From Octopus sinensis (taxonomy: Eukaryota): a DNA stretch of 64,000 nt. The notes beneath the pieces were generated by a model. It saw nothing but the letters and a program-made list of their open reading frames with translations, was not told the origin of the DNA and did no database searches. The stretch covers positions 26,970,001 to 27,034,000 of the forward strand of contig NC_043021.1 of NCBI RefSeq assembly GCF_006345805.1, in the 5' to 3' direction. The translations under genes were made by a program, and so were the position numbers. This document shows, piece by piece, positions 50,920 through 62,987 of the stretch (positions are counted from its first letter, which is position 1; the number at the start of each line of letters is the position of its first letter).

Positions 50920-51062
50920 ATCAGGTGACTTGGGGTAAGCTGGATTCACATTCCTAAGGGATTTTTCGATGTTATCATTATTCAGGTCACTGCCTGGAAT
51001 AGAACTCGAAATCTTGAGGTTAGTAGCCCGCATTCTTAGCTACTACGCCATATGTCCGTGGG
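50920..51062 (-). mobile_element. Second copy of the tRNA-like/hammerhead segment, truncated at CTGA
   Basis: GGACATATGGCGTAGTAG..GAGTTCTATTCCAGG..CCCCAAGTCACCTGAT matches 9550-9685. Confidence 0.7.
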
Positions 51063-51244
51063 TATATAGAACTGTATAAAAAAAAAAAAAGAAAAAGACA
51101 TCTATTACTCACGATATGAGCAAAATGTTTGAATTACGAGAGAGCATTACGTAAATTACGAGAACATTTCAGATAATAAAATTACGAACGTTAGCCAAAA
51201 CCTTGGTAATAATTCTTTTAAATTTAGGAACGAGACTAGCTGTT

Positions 51245-51420
51245 ATATAGAAAGAGGGGAAGTCAATTTCATCCATTCCAGTAACTGACTAATACTTATT
51301 CTATCAACTCTTCAAAGGCAAAGTCAACCAGAGCGGAATTTGAACCCAGCATATAAAATGGTCGATGAAATGTTACTTGATATTTTGTCCGACGCACTAA
51401 GGATTTTACAAGCTCACTCC
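51245..51420 (-). mobile_element. Family E-type SINE, decayed
   Basis: aaaggcaaagtcaacc..gcggaatttgaac on the plus strand. Confidence 0.55.
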
Positions 51421-51651
51421 TTTAAATAGATGTTTTGCCTACAGCATCTAGGTTTCCCTAGCGGTCGTCTGCAAGAGTACTAACTGGGTACGAAATTGCT
51501 TAACTCCGATGATCGGAGTAGAACCAGCGTTTACAATGGGATATAGGATAAAGTCGTAATAATGATGAAAAGTATTTTTAAAATGTTTAAAAACTCGAAA
51601 AAGGTTTACAATGAAATTAATGGTTCGGATCAAATATTAATGAACTCATTA

Positions 51652-51792
51652 TGTTTCAAATTAATAAACCGCTTTAAATATAGAAAGTGACCTGCCTGGT
51701 CGGGTCACGTGCGTGTGGTGTGCTTTGGTGTGTGCGCGCGCACGTGTGTGCGACAGAGAGATACTGAAAGAAGCCTGCGGTAGATACATACA
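51652..51792. repeat. 141-bp dispersed duplicate, copy 2
   Basis: 140 of 141 bases identical to 39944-40084. Confidence 0.9.
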
Positions 51793-51814
51793 TACATACA
51801 TACATATCTGTATG

Positions 51815-52075
51815 TATGTATGTACAGATTTTTCGAGTTCCAGTGATGGATTTGATCTGCAGTCTTCGAATTAGCTTTCTCCTTTCTGGTTTTGAGAATC
51901 TAATTTCTCAAGATTGGTATTTAGGCAGTGTGTTACATACCCCAGGGCCCCAATAATTACAAGTATACACCTGAACTTGTAATCTGGATAGAGTAACTGC
52001 AGTATAGGGGTTCTCTTTTTCACTGATCTTCAGCTTTATATTAACATCTGCTGGGCAGCTAATTTCCACAATTGT
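51815..52075 (-). mobile_element. RLE-type LINE C-terminal fragment
   Basis: TIVEISCPADVNIKLKISEKEN..VIIGALG..RRLQIKSITGT. Confidence 0.6.
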
Positions 52076-53171
52076 TCACAGAGGTCAAGAGTAAAAGAGA
52101 GGGAGAGAGTGAGTGAGAGAGAGGGAGAGAGAGAGAGAGAGTAATTAACCATAGCAAAAAAACACATTAAACAAAAGCCAATTGAATTTTTATTGAAATG
52201 TATTTAATAAAAAAATTCACTAAGGGGGATAACTCTACAGTCGGAGTTGCCTCCCATACCATCGTAGACTAAATGCGAAAATAAATCACAACGATATTTC
52301 GATTTTTAATCATATGAAACAATTGATCTCTTCCATTTTGAAAAACATTTATTAAACTATTGGTTTCACACCCCATGTGCTGATGTAAATAGTAATGTCT
52401 AAATTCTTGAAGAAGTGTGTGTGGTGTGTGTGTGTGTATACGTGTATGAATTTACAAAGATATATATATATATATATATATATATGTACTTCAAATTTAT
52501 AGAAACCAAAAGATGAAGACAGGTGTATTAGTTTCACCATCGGGAAAATGGAAAGGCATTTTACGTTTCGAGCTACGCTCTTCGACAAAATGGATTAAGT
52601 GTGTGTGTGTGTGGGGGAAATGGAGAGAGAATGAAAAAAAAGATATATATGTGTGTATATATGTGTGTATATATGTGTATGTATACATATGTATATGTGT
52701 GTGTCTTATTTAGCTGTTTGTGTGTGTGCAATTAGTTTCGTTTAGAAATCTTCTGCGGACAGATATATATATTCTTTCTCTATTTCTTCCTTCTCTCTCT
52801 GTCTCTTCAGTTCTCTCCTTCACGCTTCTCCTTGTCTCTTCATTACTCTCTTCTTTCTTACTCTCCTCTTTCAGCTCTCAATCTCTCTCTAAGTACATAG
52901 ACGCTTTCTCTCTCTTCCTTCAGCTCTCAGTCTCTCCTCTTCCTCTTCTCTCTTACTCTCTTCCTTCGGCTCCCAATCTCATAGTACATAGACGCTCTCT
53001 TTCTCTATTTCTTCCCTACCCCCTATTGCACTATTAGATTAATATAAATTAATATAATTAGAGAGATAGATAGATAGATAAAATATCAAGAATGTCCAGA
53101 ACCTGGAAAAGTGACGAATTGACGTTGTTCCTGTGAGGATGGCGATGCGCTGACGGAGAAAATCCAAATAA

Positions 53172-53887
53172 CATAATTACGGCTGCGCTGAAGAGCAGCG
53201 GATACAAAAGGACGTCAGCTCAAATAGAGCGGAAGAAGCAAGAATTTATACGCTCCTACGCACTTATCAGATCGCGAAAAAAGCGAACAAAGTAAAGATG
53301 GCAAGGATGGAGACGCGGGCGCTGATGAAAAAGGTCACCTCCAGTGAGAAACCTGCCCGGGAGGTAAACCCAAGTGCGGCACCAAAAGCCATGGACATGG
53401 AGATGAAAGAACCAAAAAAGGAGGAAAAACTAAAACTAAAACTCAGGCAAAACCAAAAAACGAAACAGCCAAGGATAGAAGCAAACCTGACTATCCATAT
53501 ACCAAAAAGGATGGAAACAAGCAGCGCACACGGGTATGTAGGTTCTACCTGAGAGGTGCCTGCCGGCATGGAGAGGAAGGTGCAGGCTGCCGTTTTGCAC
53601 ATCCGGGTCCCTGCCGCAGAAACCAACCACCGAAAGGAAAAGGGATGGACCACGCACCACCTGCCCCAAAACGGAGGTACGCAGATGTGGTGCGTGCCAC
53701 AAACCGCCAACGTGTTGTTGAAAGGGCAGCTGCTGAACAAGAATCTTTTTTGTGCATGGCACAAAAGATTGTACAGCAGCTAACATCAAACTCAAGCTCG
53801 CAGATGGGACTACCCACAGTTCACAAGACCACCACAGCAAATAGACCCAAGGTGGACACCGCCGGCAACAGCATACACCTCACCTCG
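53172..53887 (+). pseudogene. ORF1-like region with a CCCH-type zinc finger, one frameshift
   Basis: VCRFYLRGACRHGEEGAGCRFAHP from 53534 (C-x7-C-x8-C-x3-H), in the same frame as ORF 53645. Confidence 0.6.
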
Positions 53888-56745
53888 ATGCTCCTACTGA
53901 ACATCAGCGTTCTTGAGAGACTTTGTTGCATGCAATCAAGCCTTATGCATAGCACTTACGGAAACGCACCTGAAACCGGATATAGCAGATGCGGAGTTAC
54001 ACATACCACAGTATGTTGTACTACGGACCGACAGAAAAGAAAGGAGTCATGGAGGAGTTGCTATGTACATCCGTGAGGACCTCACACCCCAGGTCCTTTT
54101 GTCATACTCAAACTCGGTGTGTGACACACTAATTGTACATTTAAGGCAACTTGGTGTAGTTGTGTGTGCTACATATCGCCCTCCAGATGCCCCAAGCCAT
54201 ATGGGCAAGTTTGAAGACTGCCTTATAAAAATAGAAGTTCTAGTCACACTAGAACAGCACATAAGTGTACTTCTCATGGGAGACTTCAACCTACCCAATG
54301 TTAGATGGCCCGAGGGCCTTTCTCTCCCAGGAATGACACGATGTGAACGGGGACAGGCGAGGTCCCTCCTGAACCTCATCAACACCCTGTACATGGAGCA
54401 AGTAATACTCCAACCAGCCAGGGCAGGTAACACACTGGATCTCTGCTTCACAAATAATATGGATCTCATCCATAATGTGAAAGTGACACCGACACTACTC
54501 TCGGATCACAACATGGTAGAGCTGACCATGTACAGGCCAAAGGAAAGCATGGACATGCAGCCTACAAGAAACTCTCAGAATCTTTCCAGCTTGAACTACC
54601 ATAAGGCAAACTGGAAACAAATTGAGAAAGAGATCCTCAAACAAAACTGGCCTGAATGTCTCTCCTCGCCGGACATCGACATGAAACTTCAACAATTCAC
54701 TGTAATGCAAGCCATATGCTACAAATGTGTCCCAGAGAGAAAGGCCACTGTATACAAGAACAAAATCCCCAGAGAGAGGAAAATTTTAATGAGACGGTGT
54801 ACAAAAATTTCAAATCGCCTAAACAAACAAATTGAAAGCAGTGAAAAGTCCCGCCTGAAAATAAAACTGTTGGAAATTGAAAAATGTCTGCAACACTCCC
54901 ATGAAAAGGAAAGAGCAGACAAAGAAGCATGGGCTATAGAGAACTTAAAAACTAACCCCAGAGCTTTCTATAGGTATGCCAAAGAAACAGCTACGGTGCA
55001 CTGTAGGATAGGGCCACTCCTTGAAAAGGATGGCACACTCACAGGAAAACCAATGAGGGTAACTGAAATACTGAATGAGCAATTCAAGAGTGTTTTCACT
55101 CCACCCTTTGGGCATTTCCAAATCAGCAATCCAACTGACTTCTTTACCACTGCAGATATAAAATCAGAGGCGGCGACGATAAATTACATCGATATAAAGG
55201 AAGACGATGTAATAAAGGCTATAGATGAAATGAAAACAGACTCAGCTATTGGCCCCGATGGATTCCCGGCAATCCTCCTAAAAGTATGTAAGAGAGTCCT
55301 AGCAAGACCACTGCAGTTCCTCTTTCAGAGCTTCCTTGCAGCTGGCAAACTTCCAAGAAAACTGAAGGAAGGTAAAATATGTCCTATTCATAAAGGAGGT
55401 AGCAGAGCGGAGGCCAAGAACTACAGACCTATCTCTCTCACCTCACACATCAGCAAGGTCATGGAACGAATAGTCAGAAGGAAACTAATCACCTTCCTTG
55501 AAGAAAATGACTTGCTGCCCGACACCCAACATGGTTTCCGACCAGGAAGAAGCTGTTTAACTCAGCTCCTACAACACTATGACTGGGTGCTGAAACAACT
55601 GCTCAACCACTCAAATGTGGAAGTCATATATCTCGACTTTGCAAAGGCCTTTGATAAAGTCGATCATGGAATGATATGTCACAAACTGCGTGATATTGGC
55701 ATAGTTGGAAAATTGGGAGAATGGCTTCATGACTTTCTGAAGAATAATAAGCGGTGTTCCGCAGGGCACTGTTTTGGGACCACTACTGTTCATAATGGCC
55801 CTCTCAGACATGCCCTCAGCCACGCAGAGAGCCACGATCACAAGTTATGCAGATGATACAAAAGTTTCACAGGCAATACAGAACCCTGAAGACACTAGGC
55901 ACCTGCAATGTGAGCTGGACGAAATATACAAGTGGGCTGAAAAGAATAGCATGCAGTTCAATGCTGAAAAGTTTCAAGCTTTATACTATCAGCATGCAAA
56001 ACTGAATGCAATACCCAATGAATACACTGGACCCGGAGGGATTGCAATCCCAGAGCCACAATCAGTGCGTGACCTGGGTATTCACATGTGTGATGACGCG
56101 ACCTTTCATGTACATGTTGCTAAACTGGCAATGAAATGTAGACGGCTGGCTGGCTGGATTCTTAGAACCTTTAGAACAAGAGAACAAGAAACCATGATGG
56201 TCCTCTGGAAGACACTTGTCCTAAGCCACTTTGACTATTGCTCTCAGCTATGGTCACCATCCAGTGTCAAGTTGATCATAGAACTTGAGGCGATCCAACG
56301 AAGCTACACGAAGAAGATAGCCTCTGTGCAGCATATGAGCTACTGGGAAAGACTCAAGAGATTAAAGCTCTATTCCCTGGAGCGTAGGCGAGAAAGATAT
56401 GCCATAATATATATCTGGAAGATCCTGGAAGGTCTTGTCCCAGACTTTGGCATCGAGAGTCACACAAATGCAAGAACCGGACGCCACTGCGTAGTACCAA
56501 GGACTCCAAATTTGCCATCAAGATATTGTGATAGCCTGGGCTTCAGAGGCCCACAGCTCTTCAATATCCTCCCGAAGAACCTGAGGGACCTGCATGGTGT
56601 AGATACGGATGTCTTTAAAGTAGGACTGGATCTCTTCCTGTCAGGTGTCCCGGATGAACCAACTTCACGGCAGGAGGTGCAGATGAGGGCAGCTGCATCG
56701 AACTCTCTCATGCATCAGATGGCGTTTGCTAAAAAGCATCCGTGA
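53888..56745 (+). pseudogene. CR1-group ORF2 (APE and RT) broken by two small deletions
   Basis: [80 protein letters not shown]. Confidence 0.93.
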
Positions 56746-56837
56746 GGTAAAATCGTGTAGCAAACCAAATGGCGGTGCCCCAGCATGGCCACAGCTCATT
56801 AGCTGAAACTGGAAAAATCAAATCAAAAATCAAAATC

Positions 56838-57172
56838 ATATGTTGCTGAGAGCCCTTACGGTCATGACTGACCATGGGTTTGCACCTAGAATGTTACCCC
56901 CTGAGGCATAAGTTCGGGCAAGTTGTTTATGGAAGACCAGCAGTCGGCCATGCATTCCGGCCTCACCCTCTCCACGCCACCAGTGTTATCCACGGGAACG
57001 GCAGATACAGCTTGGCACCTGTGACGTCAGAACTCATTTCTACAGCTGAATGAAGTGGAGCATCGTGAAATAAAGTGTCTTGCTCAAAAACACAACACGC
57101 AACCCGGTCCGGGTATCGAACTCACAACCCCTTGATCGTAAGCTCGACGCTCTAACCACTGAGCCATGCGCC
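56838..57172 (-). mobile_element. tRNA-headed SINE family C
   Basis: A box TGGCTCAGTGG, B box GTTCGATACC, then TTGAGCAAGACACTT..CAGCTGTAGAAATG core-like segment. Confidence 0.85.
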
Positions 57173-57222
57173 TATATATATAAATAAATAAATATATAAA
57201 TAAATAAATAAATAAATATATA

Positions 57223-57250
<28 letters not shown>

Positions 57251-57253
<3 letters not shown>

Positions 57254-59385
57254 AAACTGAGAATGTGCGTCTGTCTGTCTGTCTGTGTGTTTCCCTAAAA
57301 TTTGAAAACTACACAACCAATTTCATTCAAATTTTACACATGCCTTACTTAGGGTCCGGGGAGTGTCATCGGCAAAAAGAATTTTGAACTTTTTGTCTAG
57401 GGCGAGCACACAGCAATATGATATCTTCTCCACTACGATTCCCTAAAACTTGAAAACTACACAACCAATTTGATTCAAATTTTACACATGCTTTACTTAG
57501 TGTCCATGTAGTTTAATGGACAAAAAATGTTCAACTTCTTGCCTAGAGCGAGCCCATAGCAATATCATATCTTCTCCACTATTTCAGTATTACGTGTTAA
57601 AAGTGAAACAAAAACATTTCTCTATTTTATGTCAGATACTTTCACTTTAACAATAAAAATTAGAGATAATAATAGCAATTGAATTATATGTAGTAAGTAA
57701 TAATTAAAATCAAACTAAAGTATAATATAATCGTAACATAACAGGCGCAGGAGTGGCTGTGTGTTAAGTAGCTTGTTTACCAACCACATGGTTCTGGGTT
57801 CAGTCCCACTGCGTGGCACCTTGGGCAAATGTCTTCTACTATAGCCTCGGGCCGACCAAAGCCTTGTGAGTGGATTTGGTAGACGGAAACTGAAAGAAGC
57901 CCGTCGTTATATGTTTATATATGTGTGTGTGTTTGTGTGTCTGTGTTTGTCCCCCTAGCATTGCTTGACAACCGATGCTGGTGTGTTTATGTCCCCGTCA
58001 CTTAGCGGTTTGCAAAACAGACCGATAGAATAAGTACTGGGCTTACAAAGAATAAGTGTCGGGGTCGAGGTGCTCAATTAAAGGCGGTGCTCCAGCATGG
58101 CCGCAGTCAAATGACTGAAACAAGTAAAAGAGAGTAAAGAGTATAACAAAAATAAAAATAGCAATAGGTATAAAATTGCATCAATGACTTGAACTTGAAT
58201 AAGTGGTTTCACATGAATGGGAATAAATTAAAAATAAAATTAGTGTGCAGAAATGGAATAGTCCAGATGGAACTGTGCACATACCTTTTACCACAGATTT
58301 TACATTAGATTATCTGCTAATTAGCTAGCATTAAGTATCTATATGAAGTTTGGCTGTATGTAATGTCTGTTTTCTCGAACAGCCGCTTCTACTGAGTACT
58401 GCTGTTGGTTTACTTCTTATACATAAAGGACTATAGCCTCAACTGCGTACTGCTTTTTGATTCACCGTAAAGTTTGTTGTTATTATTATTAGTGTTTAAC
58501 TATTGTTATCACATTTGTTGGTTCTTCGTTAGGGAATCATTGTTGTGTTGCATTTGTTAAATTATTGTAAACCGTAACCCTCCCCCTTTGGGAGAAGGAG
58601 CTTTGGTTATTGTTTAAAAATTGAATTGTGTCCCTGTTTGGGGAAACTGACAATATTTTCACCGTTTATACGGAAGCATTTTTGTTAAAATGCCTTCGAT
58701 AGAAGAAAGTCCAAAAAGGAATTTCGCTGCAGCCGTTGGCGGGCACGAACTCATTAAAATTAAAATGGAAGAAATACAAACCTATTTCGGATTGATCACC
58801 GACAAAGACGGCGAATCTAGGATAACACCACCAAACGAAATAAAAAATTAAATTAAAGAAAAGACTATTGTCTATAAAGTATACAATGTACAGAAAAAAA
58901 ATTTGAACATCTGGAGGAAAGCACCATTGAAAAGTGTCTTGGTGTGACTATGAAAGATATGTAACCAGATTCACCACAATAGAAGCAAGGTTCGAGTCAA
59001 TGGAGCGTGCAAGGAAGTACTCAACTCGAACCTTGCAAAGTGGAAATATTATATTTTCACTTTTATATCTGGGACGTAGGACGTTAAGGATAAAAATTAA
59101 AAAGTCCCCCCTGAAGTAGAGGTAGGCTGGATTGTAGCCACACTTCTATACAAGAGGGAGGACAAGATACAATTGATCGAAATTGCAAGAGACGGGCCTA
59201 CAATTCCAGTCTGTTATATATTTTGAGTATTGTTATCACTAGCGATATCAAGATATAACATTGTATTTTGTATTTTATGTGTAGATGTATATATATATAG
59301 ATGTACATGTAATATGTACACATATATATACACATATATACATGCACTAGCACTATGACCTGGCAATGACGCGTCATAGTGCTAG
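57251..59385 (+). mobile_element. Non-autonomous Helitron family 1, copy 2
   Basis: Colinear with 19179-20778; about 150-bp 5' internal duplication; perfect 13-bp 3' inverted repeat ending CTAG followed by T. Confidence 0.8.
57744..58142 (+). mobile_element. SINE family A, full length, TSD ATAACA
   Basis: GGCGCAGGAGTGGCTGTG head to (GTAAAGA) tail; ATAACA at 57738-57743 and 58143-58148; empty site near 19530. Confidence 0.92.
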
Positions 59386-59442
59386 TTATATATATATTAT
59401 AAATCTATCATATATATATACATTATATATATTATATCTATA

Positions 59443-59541
<99 letters not shown>

Positions 59542-59572
59542 GCGTGTGTGTGCGTGTGGAGGCGCCAAGGCC

Positions 59573-59677
59573 CATCAAACTCTCTCATGTACCAAATGTC
59601 AATTGCTAAAAAACATTCGTGAAGTAAAATCATGTTGCAACACCGAATGGCGGTGTCACAGCTCGTGAGCTGAAACT
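59573..59677 (+). mobile_element. CR1-group LINE 3'-terminal fragment
   Basis: AACTCTCTCATG..TTGCTAAAAA..GTAAAATC..GGCGGTG..GCTGAAACT matches 56700-56810. Confidence 0.8.
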
Positions 59678-59700
59678 AATATAATAATATATATGAACAC

Positions 59701-59741
<41 letters not shown>

Positions 59742-59783
59742 CACACAAATATATATATATATATATATATTATATATGAACAC

Positions 59784-59864
<81 letters not shown>

Positions 59865-59880
59865 CTATATATATATATAT

Positions 59881-59917
<37 letters not shown>

Positions 59918-59919
59918 CA

Positions 59920-60847
59920 CACAGATAGTGAGCGGTGTTCCACAGGGCACTGTCTTGGGACCATTGCTTTTATATGCCCTCAAATGCCCGGATAGCCACT
60001 CTGGCAAGCTATGCAGACGATAAGAAAGCCTCGCAGAAAATACAAAACCCCGGCGATGTTGCACACCTGCAGCAGGAGTTGGGCTCAATCTACAGATGGG
60101 GTGAGGATAATAATATGCAGTTTAATGCTGAAAAATTCCAGGCCCTGCGCTACCAACATCCAAAACTGAATATTAAACTTACAGGATACACCGGTCCACA
60201 GGGAATTTCAATCCCAGAGCCTAAGTCTGTGAGGGACCTGGGTATCGACATGAGTGATGATACCTCTTTCCAAGTGCACATTACCAGGATGGCGACAAAG
60301 TGCAGACAACTGGCTGGATGGATCCTAAGAACATTCAGAACCAGAGATAAGGAAACCATGATGGTCCTCTGGCGGACATTCGTCCTCAGCCGCCTGGACT
60401 ACTGCTCACAGCTATGGTCACCCACCAGTGTGAAATTAACAGCGGACCTTGAAGCAATCCAGAAAAGATTCACAAAGAAGATCGTCTCTTTGCAACAGCT
60501 CAGCTACTGGGAAAGGTTGAATCAGTTAAGACTCTACTCCATGGAGAGAAGGCGAGGGAGGTATGCAGTAACATACATCTGGAAGGAATTGTGCCAAATT
60601 TTGGCATTGTAAGCTACACCAATGCTAGAACGGGACGACACTGCATAGTGCCAAAGATCCCAGCAATGCCATCACGCTTCAGGACCAGCTTCTGCAACAG
60701 CCTGGGTCTCAAGGGCCCATAGCTTTTTAATATTCTCCCAAAGAGTCTGAGGAACTTGCACAAAGTAGATGTAGCGGTTTTTAAATCAAAGCTGGACATC
60801 TTCCTGTCGAGAGTCCCAGATGAACCTACCTCACGGCAAGAGGTGCA
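59920..60847 (+). mobile_element. CR1-group LINE fragment (RT to C-terminus), lacking its 3' end
   Basis: [45 protein letters not shown]. Confidence 0.9.
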
Positions 60848-60959
60848 TGCTTAGAAAGGGAGAGATGAGTACCTCCACCCAGCAAAGCCCGCAACCACAG
60901 TCCCACTTCTGAGTAATTGCTCTTCATCAGTCTGAAGTAGCGCGGCTTGCTAGCTGTCT

Positions 60960-61037
<78 letters not shown>

Positions 61038-61591
61038 GAGTGAGAGAGCAGTGCATGCCATCAAAGTGACACTGGGGTAAAATATACGAAGCCCAGTATA
61101 CCCATCATGACTACCCGTCTGATAAGGGTACACTAGGCACATGCATCACAACCATATGTGCACGACTTGGTGATCTCATATCAAGATAAACAGCACATGA
61201 CCTTGCGGGTGGGGCTCAGTTAGAATTTTCTTCAGGTCGAGTAACCCATCCCACTCGAAAGGTCCCTGATTAAGGGTTGTTTAAGGATGTTGAACGAAAC
61301 ACCCATGTTTCCAGAGGTGAATTATTCAAACCCCAAAGAATCCCTCTCAACACATGGCTATGATGCTCCTCCACTACTTCTGCTCGTGATCAGAGATGCA
61401 CATATCGTCAGCCACTAAGGGACATGCTCAACTGGTTAAGGTCAAACAACTAACAAGCAACTCTGTGGTATTGAGCAGAATATTTGCTGTAGCCCATCTT
61501 TTATACCAAGACAAAACAATGTACATGATAACACTTCCAATCAGTTAAGATCAGAAGCCATGAGAGCCACTGCCTGGTACTGCATCAGGGC
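61038..61591. mobile_element. Unclassified non-coding element of about 550 bp bounded by (ATT)n on both sides
   Basis: Complex sequence with sharp edges against simple repeats; no informative ORF, TIR or A/B box seen. Confidence 0.5.
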
Positions 61592-61596
61592 ATTTA

Positions 61597-61658
<62 letters not shown>

Positions 61659-61661
61659 ATT

Positions 61662-61689
<28 letters not shown>

Positions 61690-61692
<3 letters not shown>

Positions 61693-62521
61693 TTTTGTTT
61701 TTTTCTTCTTTCAAATTTTCTTCCATTTCTTGCCGAGTGTCTTCCCGACTCCTAGGGCAATTGTGGGTATCAAAGTTTTTAGAGCTGGTCGAATGTATGA
61801 TTGAAAACTGTAGATATGTAAATTTGTAAATTTTCTTAACTTATTTTGAAGGGCTGTTCTGTATTATTTGTGAATAGAGAAGCTGTGTTCGACCAGAGAG
61901 AATCTTAGCATCATTATTTTTTCCATGTGCGTTTGTGTTATTGCAATAAAAAGTGTTTGTATATTTCATGCAAGGTAATATTGTGGAGGTTGAAGTTGAC
62001 CCCTCTAGAGATGTTTGTATGTCCAGTTAGAGGAACAGGTGTGTTTTGCAATAAAGTGTATATGTTTACATTTATATTTGAATATTCTGGGAGGAAGCAA
62101 AGAAAAGTCAGATTTTCATAGAAAGTTTTAGGGTTTTGCAAGTCCACAAAAAGAAAAGCGTGATATTTTTAGAGAGAAGAAAAAAAAGGGTGCTTACAGA
62201 GGCAGTTGTGGGTATTAAAGTTTTTAAGGCCGATCGGATGTATGTTTGAAAGCTGCAGATATGTAAATTTGTAAATTTCTTAACCCACTTTGAAGAGAAT
62301 TTCAAATACTCACGAGGTATTGTAGATGTTCCAGTCTTTGAGAGTTATTTTTCCCCGTTGCTAAACTGGCCCATATTAGTGTTTCTATGGCTTTCAGCCA
62401 CCGAACTGTCAGAGCACTGAGGAACACGTCCAGCCGCTGTCAAGGCTGGCGCTCTTCTGTCAAGGCTGGCGCTCTTCTGTCAAGGCTGGCGCTCTTCTTA
62501 TCAAGGCTGGCGCTCTTCTGT
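61690..62521 (-). mobile_element. Non-autonomous element with a Dong-like 3' end and 4 x 20-bp terminal repeats
   Basis: TGCCG-N15-CCTAGGGCAA shared with 63026-63055; TGTCAAGGCTGGCGCTCTTC x4 at 62438-62518; internal repeat of about 90 bp. Confidence 0.6.

Positions 62522-62987
<466 letters not shown>

Larger units (their letters stand above)
53081..56838 (+). mobile_element. CR1-group LINE, near full length, disrupted
   Basis: ORF1-like region with a CCCH finger, APE, RT, C-terminus, short 3'UTR and (AAAATC)n-like tail. Confidence 0.9.

Noticed and set aside
51503-51519. 17-bp palindrome ACTCCGATGATCGGAGT
   Set aside because: 8-bp arms are expected by chance in 64 kb; no supporting context.
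52556-52592. TCGAAGA-GCGTAGCTC-GAAACGTA hammerhead-like motif (related piece near 18525)
   Set aside because: C3 and U4 are not conserved and helix II pairs only by using core nucleotides.
55735-55760. Deletion junction in the long CR1 copy coinciding with the 5' start of the short copy (near 59920)
   Set aside because: Both fall just before SGVPQG, but two events are too few and the short copy's start is blurred by flanking repeat.
57100-57172. Possible genuine tRNA gene (also 9612-9682, 24791-24865, 44360-44430)
   Set aside because: A/B boxes are present, but there is no complete acceptor stem and each runs into a SINE body.
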